The notes below the pieces were generated by a model that saw nothing but the letters and a program-made list of their open reading frames with translations, made no database searches and was not told the DNA's origin. Shown piece after piece: positions 19,953 through 29,885 of a DNA stretch of 64,000 nucleotides (positions are counted from its first letter, which is position 1; every line of letters begins with the position of its first letter). Source of the stretch: Candidatus Zixiibacteriota bacterium (GTDB lineage: Bacteria; Zixibacteria; MSB-5A5; GN15; FEB-12); contig JAGGTI010000105.1 in assembly GCA_021163775.1 (NCBI GenBank), positions 354 through 64,353 of the forward strand, given 5' to 3'. The translations under genes were made by a program, and so were the position numbers.

Positions 19953-22900
19953 CTACTTGAGCAGAATCATCTTCCGGGTGTTCGAATAGTTGTTGGCGTC
20001 CAGTCTATAGAAGTAAACACCGGAAGCTATTGCATCACCAGAGAGGTTATGGCCATCCCAAACCACATCAACCAAACCGCCTTCACTCCGGCCCTGGTGT
20101 TCCCAGACAAGAGCGCCGGTGATATTGTAAACTTTCAAACTCCAGGTCGCCGCAGTCGGTAACGCAAAGCTGATTGTCGTAGCCGGATTGAACGGGTTCG
20201 GGTAGTTTTGCTTCAGATTGTATTCAGCTGGCAATGTTGACGCTATCAGCGACACGTACGGTCTACTCTGATAGTCAACTATCTCGGAATGCGTGAGCGT
20301 CAACTCACCGTCACCGTACACCGGGATCTCGACCAGATCACCCAAGCCTGGTGCTATCCGGGCTGAACCGATGTTATAGACGAGAATCCGAAGTTTGCCC
20401 TCAGAAACACCGCTCTTAACTGTGAACCCATCAGCCGCCGCGAGAGTTTGCGGTTCACCAAAGCTCAGTCCCGGTGCCACATCGTAAACAAAATAAGCGG
20501 CTCCAATACCGTTGTAAGTTTCGGCACTGACACGTATCCGGTCAACGTCACGACTAGTGTGGATACCCGCCACCTGATCATACGGTGTGGTCTTGGGAAT
20601 TGGATTAGCGTCACCAATGATAACCCGGATCAGCAGGGTCAGGTCAGCCACCGTCAGGGTCAAGCCATCGGCATTGACATCAGAAGCGGCAATCTGGCCA
20701 GGGATGCTGATTGTAAAGGCACTAAGTCCGTGAATAAAGTAGTTTGTAAAGACGACAGCATCCGCAATCTCGTAAGCGATATTGTTGAGATTGATGTCAC
20801 CACGATCATCAATGTCACCCGGATCAATAATCTTAATCCCGCCATTGATGAATTCGATACAGCGCACAGCCTGAGACTTCTCACCTATGACCACACAGGA
20901 GTCCGGCGCGCCCAAGTTATCTTCACGCACTGATTCGGGGTAGTTGACATCGTCAAACTCATCCCAGATCAATATGTGTTCCGCGTTGTAAATTCGAGTG
21001 TCGATGAACAGCAAGGTGCCGGTAGTATCTGATACGGCGTTATCGGCACAGTCGTACCAGACGAACGAGATAGGAACAAAGACATCGCCTAAGTTCTGGT
21101 CGTTGGCCACTTGGAATTCGACAAAGAACAGCGAACCGTCGGGGGTGTAGGCCGAGTCGGGCGGGTGAGCCGCGCCGTTATTGCGGTCAGCGATACCAAC
21201 AAACCGCACCAGGCCGGACGGACAGGCCGAGCCGCAGGATTGGTCGTCGACGTTCCAGGTGAAATATTCCCAACTCTCGCCCACGCCACCATCCATTGAG
21301 GCATACTGGAAGGAAAGGGCTGAGACATCAAACCCGATAAGTAGATCAAAACCGCCGATAGCTTCGTTGGTTTCGACGTTGATATCGACCCGTTTGCGCA
21401 AACCAACCGGAGTTTCCCCTCCGCCGTCGATCTCGAACCGGACACAAACATCGCAGTCGTCCCTGGTCACGATATTGACCAGGAAGGAACCGGTGATAAC
21501 ATGACAGCCATCGGTAGCCTCAAAACAGAACTCAATCTGACCGAACGCTTCGGGAACAAAACAAACCGCACCGCTGTCGAGCGTCGGGCCAGAGAAGAGA
21601 CCCGGACCACACACCTGCGTGATCTCCACATCGGATTCAAGATCAGTTGCAAAGATACCGTCGATACAAATCTCATCAATATCATCAGGACAGCGCTCAA
21701 AAGTGAGTTCAGTCGGCAACGTGAGCACCGGGGCTTCATCGGCTGTAACTGTAACCGTGACCTCGCAGGTATCGGCACCGCAACTGCCGTAGGCTATGAC
21801 TTCAAATATATGTTCACCCGGCTCAGAGATCGGCAGGTTCAGAATGCCGGCCGCATAGTACCCAGCCGGGTTGACGTTCACTGACAGACCGGTACCGGAA
21901 ACAGTAATCGGCAGACGCAGAGTGTCGGTCTCGACCAGGCAGAGTACGGTATCGATCGGCTCAGGACATTCAACTACCGGCGCCACACCCATATCGACTT
22001 CGAGGTTGAAGTTACAAGTATCGGAACCGCACTGCGATTCGGCGATGATCGTAATTGGGAATGTTCCGCCTTCGGTTACATAAACACATACCTCACCGGT
22101 TTCCGGCTTGTAGACACCGCCCGGCAGGATTGTGATAGTCTCAGCATCGGTGATTGGCGCCAGGATACAGACCTTATCCGGATCGCAGATCGAAGCATAC
22201 TGAGCACCATCGGGACACATAATAGAAGCAGTAAGACCTTCGGTGTAACTGAGGACAACCTTGTCGGTCGCCGTCTCGTCACATTCATCGGTGACTGTCA
22301 GGATAAATTCATATTCGCCGAAATCCGGCGGTGTGAAACAGACCGCCGTGTCACCGGAGAGAACACCCAGCGACGTCTCCAGCAGACGGATATTAGAATC
22401 GGCATCACTGAAGTATACTGGCAGGCAGATCTCGTGTAGATCACATTCGACCAGCGCGACATCCTCACCAGCGTCCACCGTGGGACCTTCATTGAAAGTA
22501 GCAGTCACATCAAACGAACATTGCACTTCGCCACAGTGATTCGCGGCAGTAAGCGTGATCGTCTGAGTACCTGGTTCGAAAACCGGCACGCAAACCTGAC
22601 CACCATTCAGGTAGGCCGGGGCACTGACAGTTACTTCAGCCGAAAGAGGCCGGTAACTGAAATCATAACAGAGCGTGTCGGAGCCACAAAGGAACTGCGT
22701 ATCGTCCTCAGGACAGGTGACCGCCAGCGGCTCCAGAATCGTTATCGGCACCGTGACCACACAGGTATCGCTGATACACATAGCATCGGCGATTACTGTG
22801 ATCACGTAGGTACCGGAGGTATCGGCAAAGAAGCAAAGCTGGTCATTTTCCCAGGTTCCGAAATCGGTCGACACCATGAAGTTATCGCCACTGACAACCA

Positions 22901-25900
22901 GAGGGTAGCAGACCGTCTCGGGCTGACACAGATCCGGACCAGAATCCGGGAACTCGTTGCAGGTGATTTCGACATAATCGCCATCAATCACTTCGACACA
23001 AACCTGCTCGGTCGCCGTGAGGCCACAGTTATCGGTAACGGTCACGTTGGCGCAGAACGTCCCAAAACCTTCCGGCAGGATACATATCGCCTGCAGGTCA
23101 GCATCGTAGTGACCGCCCGTCACAGAGATATCAACAATGTTTCCATTGACATCGGCGATACCTATCGATACGCAGATTTCTTCGGGAACACATTGTTTGT
23201 ACAGCGTGTCAATGGGCTGGTAGGTTATGATTGGTGCCTCGTTGAGGACAACATCAACAACCACTTCATCAGTGCCTACCGCGCCACACGAGTCGATCGC
23301 GGTAACTGTAAGTGTGTAACTACCGGACTGATCGGGCGTGAAGCAAATCACGTTAGCGTAATCATCGTAGCTACCACCATCGACCTGAACCGAAGTAATA
23401 TTGCCATCAATATCGTCAATACCGACTGGTAGACAAATCTCCTCGAACTGACACTGCATTATCGTGATGTCGGTAGGGAGCATAACCAGCGGCCGACTGT
23501 TGGTCTGGACGCTGACATTGAAATCACACGAGTAAGTACCGCATTGGGTCGTGACTGATACCGTCACCTTGTTCTCCAGACAACAGTCGGAGAAGAAACA
23601 GACCGACTCGGTCACCGGGTTCCAATAGGTGGCCAGGCCGCCAACTGAAACTTCGGCACCTTCGGGAATCCCGCCAATCGGGAAACAAAGCGTGTCCGGC
23701 TCACAGAGGAAAACCGTGGTATCGCCAGGGCAGACCAGCTCGATATCCTGATCGGTGAGGATCGTGACCAGCGCGGTATCGATAACCGTAGCACCACATT
23801 CGTCAGTAGCGGTAACGATTATTTCGTACTCGCCCATGCTATAAGGAACAAAACAAACCTGATCGTTTTCATAGGTTCCGAGCGAAGTCTCAACGCTCAC
23901 CAGATTGCCATCAGGGTCGCTGATCAGCGCATCCAGACAGATCGAAATCGGGTAGCAGATATAAACCGTGGTGTCACGCAAAGGTGCCATTTCCGGTGGG
24001 GTATTAGATCGGACCTGAATGTTGACCGTATCAGCCGCTGTCACTCCACAAAGGTCGGTGGCTTCGACAATAAGCTCATACGTACCGCTGGTTTCCGGCA
24101 GGAAACAAACCTGACCAGTAATCGGATCGTACTGACCAAGACTGGTATAAACCGTGACATCATCGTCATCGGTAATGGTCACATCAACACAGATTTCTTC
24201 AAACACGCAACCAAAGACTTCAAAGTCGTCACCCAGTTCCACGACCGGTGCTTCATTGAACGCGATCGCGACAGTGGTAGAACCCGACGTCTCGTTATCG
24301 CAGGAGTCGGCGACGGTCATGTCAAATATGTAGGTTCCGGCCGTGTCGGCGAAGAAACAAACCTGACCGGTATTTATATCATAGTTGCCGAAATTGAGAC
24401 TGATATTCGTGATATCAAACTCAGCATCTTCCATGACAACGTCGAAACAGACATCGCCCGATCCGCAGAGAGTGTAATCAAGGAATTCCGGCATTTCCAG
24501 AATCGGCGGGTTACCGCCCGTGACCGTCACTATCGATTGACAGGTTGCACTATCGCGGTCGGTGTAGGCCAGAATGTCTATAACATATTCACCCGGTGCG
24601 GAGACTTCAAAACAAACGGCGTCACCGGTAAATACCGCTCCATCGCTGACTTCGACCTGTACATCGGTGCCAAACACCGACACCGGAAGACAGAGTTCAC
24701 GCGGACGAGACAAACACAACAAGGTGTCAACGGTACCGATACAATCAACGTACGGTGGTATGTACTGACCGACTTCAAGCGCAAATTCACAGCTGTCGGC
24801 ATTGCAGTCCGCAACCGCCGTAACCACAAACTGGTGCAGACCTTCAGATTCCAGATAAATCACCGCTTCGCCGGTGCTGTAGTCATAATAGCCGTAAGGC
24901 GCGACCGTGACATCAACGTCAAGCGGATCGACACCAACCGGCACCCGGACGGTGTCCGGAAGGTCAACATCAACTGCCATCACTGGGTCGGGGCAGGTCA
25001 TAGTGACAAACTGCCCCTGAACCACCGACACAACAATAGTATCCTCGTCCATGGCCAGACAGGGGTCGGTGGCAGTGATGATTATTTCGTGATCGCCGAA
25101 CGAATCGGGCGTAAAGCAGATAGTACCATCGGTTATGACTCCACCGAGCGACTCGAGTTGCAGGAGATCAGCATCAGCATCATACGCCTCGTACGGTACA
25201 CAAATTTCAATAAGTTCACAGAGTGTAATTGTAGTGTCAACCCCAAGGCTCACATCCGGAGCGGAGTTAAGATCGATATTGACCACAAAGTTGCAGGCAT
25301 CGATGCTACATTCGTTTTGAACCATGATTGATACTGGGTAGAGGCCTGCGGTATCGATAGGAACTTCTACGAAACTATCGACCAACGGGTACTCCGGAAT
25401 AACCGACACGGTGTATTCGTCACCGGTTATATCAACCGGCATCAAGACTGTTGAATTCGCTTCACTGCAAACGGTTATAGTCGTATCCAGTACGACGCAA
25501 GTAACCCCAACCGGAGCAAGATATTTAACTTCGACAGTGCAAGTATCGCTATTGCATGGCCCTTCAGCAATGATCGTGTACGCGTAGGTACCGTACTGTA
25601 GGTCGGTCAGATCGATACAGAACTGGCCATCCGCCCAGGTAGTTCCTTCCGGAGTCACAACAGTCGCGTCGCCGAAAATCGGCAGATCAATACAGTGCGG
25701 TCCAGGATCACAGAAAACCGATGATGCGGGGCAACCAATCTCGACTACCGGAAGTTCGTTGATCGTGACGTTGATGGTAATTGATGTTTCCTCGCCGCAC
25801 TCGTCAACCGCAGTCAGTGTTACGAGGAATTCGCCAAACATATCAGGTGTAAACTGAAGTTCGCCGGTACCGTTGCTATATGTAACCAGACCATCGGGGC

Positions 25901-28900
25901 TGGTGATATCGACAATGTTGTCTTCAAGATCATAGTATGCGAATGGGATCGTGACCGATTCGAGGAGGCAGAGGTCAAAACTGATATTGTCGGCAGTCAG
26001 CTCCGGCGGAGTGTTGAAGTCTGCTGCCACAGTAAAGCTACAGGTATCAGCCGGGCATGGTGGGCTGGAATAAACCACGGTAACTGTGTATTCACCCGGC
26101 TCAGTGATCGGCAGGTGAACCCAGGCACCCTCGGCGTCCCGGGTAATCCAGGCGGGCGCCACAGCAGTCAACTCTTCCTGGGGGCCCGAACCGGCTACCA
26201 AAGTTACAGGCAAAACCAGCGTATCGGGACCGCAAAGGAGAATATCAACGTTGCCCTGACACTCTACAATCGGTGCCTCGACCACATCAATGGATATCGG
26301 TACGGTGCAGGTGTCGCTGTTGCATTCACCGTCAGCAATTATCGTTACCTCTTCAAACAGGCTGACCTCGGCGTCGATGCACAACTGGCCATCAGCCCAG
26401 GTGCCAAGGCTGGTCGATACCTGAAGAACATCGCCTGTTATCGGGATATCAAAACAGGCCGTCCCCTGACCGCACATAATGGCTCCGGTCGGTTCCGGAC
26501 ACATAATAGCCACCGGTTCCGGCTGTACCAGAGTAAAACAGACCTTGGTCGTGTCAGCCAAACCGCACGGGTCGGTGACCCAAAGAGTAATGCAGTGGTC
26601 ACCGTAACTATTGGGCACATAGTTGACGCCTATGATCGTTGAATCCGGGATACCCATGACCAGCATGGCCATGCCATTTGTCGATTCCCAGCCGAAGTCA
26701 AGCTCGTGGCCGTCAAGGTCCTCGTATTCAAGCCCGAAACTGATCGGACCCAACTCACAAAGCCGCTTAACCGAATCCGTTGGCAGGAAATCGACTGTGG
26801 GCGCAACGTTGAGTTTGATCGTGACTGCCATTTCGTCGGTGACAACCGCCCCACAGGAATCGATCACCTCTACATTTATGATGTAGGTGGTTTCTTCAAG
26901 AGCATCAAAACAAACTGTGTTTTCGTAGTCGTCGTAAGTGCCGCCGGTAACCGTGACACCGGCGATGTTGCCGTCAATATCGGAGATACCAACCGGCAAA
27001 CAGATGGGACCCGGATCACAGAGGAATATCGTAGTATCGGTTGGAAGCATAACCAGCGGCCGACTGTTAGTCTGGACACTGACATTGAAATCACATGAGT
27101 AAATACCGCATTCAGTCGTAACCGAAACAGTCACCTTGTTCTCCAGGCAACAATCCGAGAAGAAACAGACCGACTCGGTCACCGGGTTCCAATAAGTGGC
27201 CAAGCCGTCAACTGAAACCTCAGCACCTTCGGGAATCCCGCCAATCGGGAAACAAAGCGTGTCCGGCTCACAGAGGAAAACCGTGGTATCGCCAGGGCAG
27301 ACCAGCTCGATATCCTGATCGGTTTGTACGTCGAGATAAGCGGTATCGACCGCCTGGTAACCGCACTCATCGGTGACGGTGACGATCAACTCATAGTTGC
27401 CCATGCTGTATGGGGTGAAACAAACGTAACCGTCACGGTACTGACCCTGGTTAACCGTGATAGTGGCAATGTCTCCATCGATGTCAGAGATTTCGAGCGG
27501 CAGGCAGATCTCGACCGGGTAGCAAACATAGACGCTACTGTCGGCAAAACCGCTGATCGTCGGCGCGGAGCCGATAGTGACATTTACTAAGATAGTGTCG
27601 GCAACGACATTGTCGCAGTCATCCTCGACCTGAAGGAAAACCTCATAAGTACCAGACTCTTGAGGAGTGAAACAGACCTGGCTGGTTGCCTCGTTGTAAT
27701 AGGCACCTGTCGAAGTGCTAAAGAAATTGATCCTATTGCCAGTCACAATGGCATCAATACAAATTTCTTCGATTTGACAGAGATCCAGGGTCTGATCCTC
27801 ACCCAGCGATACCGTCGGTGGCTGGTTAAGATCAATGGTAACAATAGTTGAATCGGTGTCCGATGCCCCACATTCATCGGTGGCGGTCATTATGATAACA
27901 TAAACACCTGAGCTGTCGGCATCGAAACAGATGCGACCGCTCGACTGATCAAAATAACCGTAGTTCACTGAGATATCAGCAATATCAAAATCAAGATCAT
28001 CGGCGGTGGCGGCAAAGCAGATTGTTTCAGGAACGCACAAGTCTATGGAATAGTCATCCGCCATAGTCACGTACGGCGTGTTGTTGCCTTTGACCGTTAC
28101 GAGCGTAGTGCAGGTATCGGTGTGGCCACAGGTGTCGGTGCCGATGTAGTCAATCGTGTAAGTACCAAGAGTGTCAGCTTCGAAACAGAGGGTGTCGGCA
28201 TTCAACGTACCAAAGGAGATAGTGGTGGTTTCCCAGGTGCTGATAAAACCGTCAAGACATATTAAAGCCGGAAGTTCGTCCGGCGGTACGCAGAGGTCAT
28301 AAGTTGTATCGGTCGGACAGGTCAGTTCGCCCGGCTGAGTAATATGAACATCAATTCGCACTGTATCTATACAACAGTACGGCTCGGACAGAGCTTCGCC
28401 CAACTGGAGGACACAACTATCTGCGGAACGATAGATAAAGACGTACTGGGCATAACCGACATCGGCCGGCACGAAACAGGTCCGGCCGGAAGTATCCGAC
28501 GTCTGTTCGAAAATACCGAGACCTTCCAGCATACTGATCTCAATCACGTCCCCTTCCGGATCAGTCGCAAATATGTCAAAACATATTTCCTCCAGATCAC
28601 AGAGGAAGATCGTCGAATCAAAACCGATGCAATGTGGCGGGAGATTCAGCACCAGTTCATCGATAAGCGTGGCCGTATCACTGCCGCAGATCCCAGTCAG
28701 GCTGACTTCAAATACGAACGTCCCGGAGGTATCCGGCTGGTAGGTAATCAGACCAGTGGCCGGGTCAATTGTACCCGGACCAGAAAGCAGTTCAAAAAGC
28801 GGATTGCTTCCTGCACCGGAATATATCTGTGATAGGTAACGCTCGGTTCTTAGATCACACAGCTCGCTGAAGAACTGCTGATCCTCAATAACCGGGATTG

Positions 28901-29306
28901 ATCCGATCTCAATTGTATACACCACCGTATCGATTACGATGTGTGCCTGGCGATCCTTAAACTGCCAAATAAACTCATACTCACCTGAACTTTCGGGCCA
29001 GAAACAGACCGTAGTCGTGAATTCGGATCCGAACCGCTGAGGTTCGTATGTGATCGGTCCGCTTACCAGCGACATCAAAATGGAATCGGACTCGTCCGGA
29101 TCCCAAGCCGAGATGTCGTAGCAGATCGAATCAGCAACGCACCAGACGACCAGCGAGTCATCCGGCAATGTCACCGTTGGCGGACATTCGGGATCACCAA
29201 CAACCAGAGAATCAGAACCTGATTGTGCAGTGGCATTAACACCAAAAGCGATCAGCCAAACCAATGTTAACAGTACGAGATTGAGATGTGACCCTCGTCT
29301 CTTCAT
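19953..29306 (-). CDS. Giant (3117 aa) secreted Cys-rich modular surface protein with cohesin-like, dockerin-like and T9SS C-terminal sorting domains.
   Basis: Uninterrupted 9354-nt ORF with GGAGG 6 nt upstream of the ATG and signal peptide MKRRGSHLNLVLLTLVWLIAFGVNATAQ. The body is reiterated ~90-100-aa beta-rich modules with conserved Cys patterns (...LC.P..IC..., VCF.P...G.Y, TD.CG..D.). The C-terminus carries GGFDLLIGFD (cohesin-like), DVNADGLTLTVADLTLL (dockerin-like) and NYPNPFNPATTISF...GVYFYRL...KMILLK (T9SS CTD). Confidence 0.88.
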   Translation of the reverse strand: MKRRGSHLNLVLLTLVWLIAFGVNATAQSGSDSLVVGDPECPPTVTLPDDSLVVWCVADSICYDISAWDPDESDSILMSLVSGPITYEPQRFGSEFTTTVCFWPESSGEYEFIWQFKDRQAHIVIDTVVYTIEIGSIPVIEDQQFFSELCDLRTERYLSQIYSGAGSNPLFELLSGPGTIDPATGLITYQPDTSGTFVFEVSLTGICGSDTATLIDELVLNLPPHCIGFDSTIFLCDLEEICFDIFATDPEGDVIEISMLEGLGIFEQTSDTSGRTCFVPADVGYAQYVFIYRSADSCVLQLGEALSEPYCCIDTVRIDVHITQPGELTCPTDTTYDLCVPPDELPALICLDGFISTWETTTISFGTLNADTLCFEADTLGTYTIDYIGTDTCGHTDTCTTLVTVKGNNTPYVTMADDYSIDLCVPETICFAATADDLDFDIADISVNYGYFDQSSGRICFDADSSGVYVIIMTATDECGASDTDSTIVTIDLNQPPTVSLGEDQTLDLCQIEEICIDAIVTGNRINFFSTSTGAYYNEATSQVCFTPQESGTYEVFLQVEDDCDNVVADTILVNVTIGSAPTISGFADSSVYVCYPVEICLPLEISDIDGDIATITVNQGQYRDGYVCFTPYSMGNYELIVTVTDECGYQAVDTAYLDVQTDQDIELVCPGDTTVFLCEPDTLCFPIGGIPEGAEVSVDGLATYWNPVTESVCFFSDCCLENKVTVSVTTECGIYSCDFNVSVQTNSRPLVMLPTDTTIFLCDPGPICLPVGISDIDGNIAGVTVTGGTYDDYENTVCFDALEETTYIINVEVIDSCGAVVTDEMAVTIKLNVAPTVDFLPTDSVKRLCELGPISFGLEYEDLDGHELDFGWESTNGMAMLVMGIPDSTIIGVNYVPNSYGDHCITLWVTDPCGLADTTKVCFTLVQPEPVAIMCPEPTGAIMCGQGTACFDIPITGDVLQVSTSLGTWADGQLCIDAEVSLFEEVTIIADGECNSDTCTVPISIDVVEAPIVECQGNVDILLCGPDTLVLPVTLVAGSGPQEELTAVAPAWITRDAEGAWVHLPITEPGEYTVTVVYSSPPCPADTCSFTVAADFNTPPELTADNISFDLCLLESVTIPFAYYDLEDNIVDITSPDGLVTYSNGTGELQFTPDMFGEFLVTLTAVDECGEETSITINVTINELPVVEIGCPASSVFCDPGPHCIDLPIFGDATVVTPEGTTWADGQFCIDLTDLQYGTYAYTIIAEGPCNSDTCTVEVKYLAPVGVTCVVLDTTITVCSEANSTVLMPVDITGDEYTVSVIPEYPLVDSFVEVPIDTAGLYPVSIMVQNECSIDACNFVVNIDLNSAPDVSLGVDTTITLCELIEICVPYEAYDADADLLQLESLGGVITDGTICFTPDSFGDHEIIITATDPCLAMDEDTIVVSVVQGQFVTMTCPDPVMAVDVDLPDTVRVPVGVDPLDVDVTVAPYGYYDYSTGEAVIYLESEGLHQFVVTAVADCNADSCEFALEVGQYIPPYVDCIGTVDTLLCLSRPRELCLPVSVFGTDVQVEVSDGAVFTGDAVCFEVSAPGEYVIDILAYTDRDSATCQSIVTVTGGNPPILEMPEFLDYTLCGSGDVCFDVVMEDAEFDITNISLNFGNYDINTGQVCFFADTAGTYIFDMTVADSCDNETSGSTTVAIAFNEAPVVELGDDFEVFGCVFEEICVDVTITDDDDVTVYTSLGQYDPITGQVCFLPETSGTYELIVEATDLCGVTAADTVNIQVRSNTPPEMAPLRDTTVYICYPISICLDALISDPDGNLVSVETSLGTYENDQVCFVPYSMGEYEIIVTATDECGATVIDTALVTILTDQDIELVCPGDTTVFLCEPDTLCFPIGGIPEGAEVSVGGLATYWNPVTESVCFFSDCCLENKVTVSVTTQCGTYSCDFNVSVQTNSRPLVMLPTDITIMQCQFEEICLPVGIDDIDGNITSVQVDGGSYDDYANVICFTPDQSGSYTLTVTAIDSCGAVGTDEVVVDVVLNEAPIITYQPIDTLYKQCVPEEICVSIGIADVNGNIVDISVTGGHYDADLQAICILPEGFGTFCANVTVTDNCGLTATEQVCVEVIDGDYVEITCNEFPDSGPDLCQPETVCYPLVVSGDNFMVSTDFGTWENDQLCFFADTSGTYVITVIADAMCISDTCVVTVPITILEPLAVTCPEDDTQFLCGSDTLCYDFSYRPLSAEVTVSAPAYLNGGQVCVPVFEPGTQTITLTAANHCGEVQCSFDVTATFNEGPTVDAGEDVALVECDLHEICLPVYFSDADSNIRLLETSLGVLSGDTAVCFTPPDFGEYEFILTVTDECDETATDKVVLSYTEGLTASIMCPDGAQYASICDPDKVCILAPITDAETITILPGGVYKPETGEVCVYVTEGGTFPITIIAESQCGSDTCNFNLEVDMGVAPVVECPEPIDTVLCLVETDTLRLPITVSGTGLSVNVNPAGYYAAGILNLPISEPGEHIFEVIAYGSCGADTCEVTVTVTADEAPVLTLPTELTFERCPDDIDEICIDGIFATDLESDVEITQVCGPGLFSGPTLDSGAVCFVPEAFGQIEFCFEATDGCHVITGSFLVNIVTRDDCDVCVRFEIDGGGETPVGLRKRVDINVETNEAIGGFDLLIGFDVSALSFQYASMDGGVGESWEYFTWNVDDQSCGSACPSGLVRFVGIADRNNGAAHPPDSAYTPDGSLFFVEFQVANDQNLGDVFVPISFVWYDCADNAVSDTTGTLLFIDTRIYNAEHILIWDEFDDVNYPESVREDNLGAPDSCVVIGEKSQAVRCIEFINGGIKIIDPGDIDDRGDINLNNIAYEIADAVVFTNYFIHGLSAFTISIPGQIAASDVNADGLTLTVADLTLLIRVIIGDANPIPKTTPYDQVAGIHTSRDVDRIRVSAETYNGIGAAYFVYDVAPGLSFGEPQTLAAADGFTVKSGVSEGKLRILVYNIGSARIAPGLGDLVEIPVYGDGELTLTHSEIVDYQSRPYVSLIASTLPAEYNLKQNYPNPFNPATTISFALPTAATWSLKVYNITGALVWEHQGRSEGGLVDVVWDGHNLSGDAIASGVYFYRLDANNYSNTRKMILLK
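23480..23756. repeat. Intragenic near-identical repeat, copy B (within the giant gene).
   Basis: Aligns without gaps to 27047..27323, an offset of 3567 nt (1189 codons). Hand alignment gives about 18 mismatches in 277 nt, and the last ~115 nt are identical. Confidence 0.9.
27047..27323. repeat. Intragenic near-identical repeat, copy A (within the giant gene).
   Basis: Encodes DQDIELVCPGDTTVFLCEPDTLCFPIGGIPEGAEVSV...NVSVQTNSRPLVMLPTD, which occurs twice in the protein. See copy B. Confidence 0.9.
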
Positions 29307-29811
29307 CTTTCCTCCAAGTGTAATTGCACGCCAGTTAATCGATCATTATCGATTTTAATGTCGAGGCAATTACAAAAAGCCAAAGGACCTCAGTCAAAAA
29401 AACTCCATTGTCATTTTTTCCAGCCAGAGCTTCTTATGTGACCATCGGGTAGTAAGGCCTGAGTAGTAAAAACCATTCAATGCTACAAGCGGTTCAATAT
29501 ACTCGATTCGGTCCGAAAGTCAAGGCATACGGCCGGTTATCGCCCTTATTGCAAGAATCACGCCAAGATTTAAAATGGTTCTAATAGGAGGTTTAGGCGT
29601 CTCGAAAAATCAAGACCGCAGACTGATGACCATTATGTGAAACTGATAGCATACTCCTGTATTTCCCGTTGCCTAAATAGCTAAAATATGACTTTCAGGC
29701 TAATTAGTGAGAAGATCGAGAACCGCAGAAACTGCGCTCCCAGCACAAACGCCTGCCGTAAAAAGCAAGGCGAGAAAACGGTTTGAGGTGGTACTTGAGG
29801 CCCACAACAAA

Positions 29812-29842
29812 CCGGGCCGAACCTCATTATAGTTCGACCCGG
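29812..29842 (-). terminator. Rho-independent terminator candidate downstream of the SPFH gene.
   Basis: On the minus-strand RNA this reads CCGGGUCGAAC-uauaaugag-GUUCGGCCCGG (one G-U pair) followed by UUUGUUGUGGG. It lies 44 nt after the stop at 29886. Confidence 0.55.
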
Positions 29843-29885
29843 ATTTTCTTAGTCAGGTCAGCGGAAACCCGACTTGAATAATTCG

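Noticed and set aside
22521-23432. 303-aa ORF on the plus strand inside the giant gene.
   Set aside because: It is antisense to a 9.35-kb ORF whose repeat conservation clearly marks the minus strand as coding. The translation is low-complexity (R/G/T/I-rich) with no motifs. Long antisense ORFs are expected in repetitive, stop-poor sequence.
24537-25331. 264-aa ORF on the plus strand inside the giant gene.
   Set aside because: Rejected for the same reason as 22521..23432: it is an antisense shadow ORF without features.
23480-27323. Possible diversity-generating retroelement (TR/VR pair) explaining the intragenic repeat.
   Set aside because: Many differences are A (copy A) versus G (copy B), but about a third of the mismatches are at non-A positions. 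Both copies lie in-frame inside the same gene, and no reverse transcriptase gene is present in the window. Ordinary duplication or gene conversion explains it better.
29851-29875. gtcaggtcagcggaaaccc, reminiscent of the SRP RNA domain IV start (GUCAGGUCCGGAAGG).
   Set aside because: Only the first 8 nt match. The conserved GGAAGCAGC part and the surrounding helix are absent, and the sequence sits within 35 nt of the SPFH gene stop.
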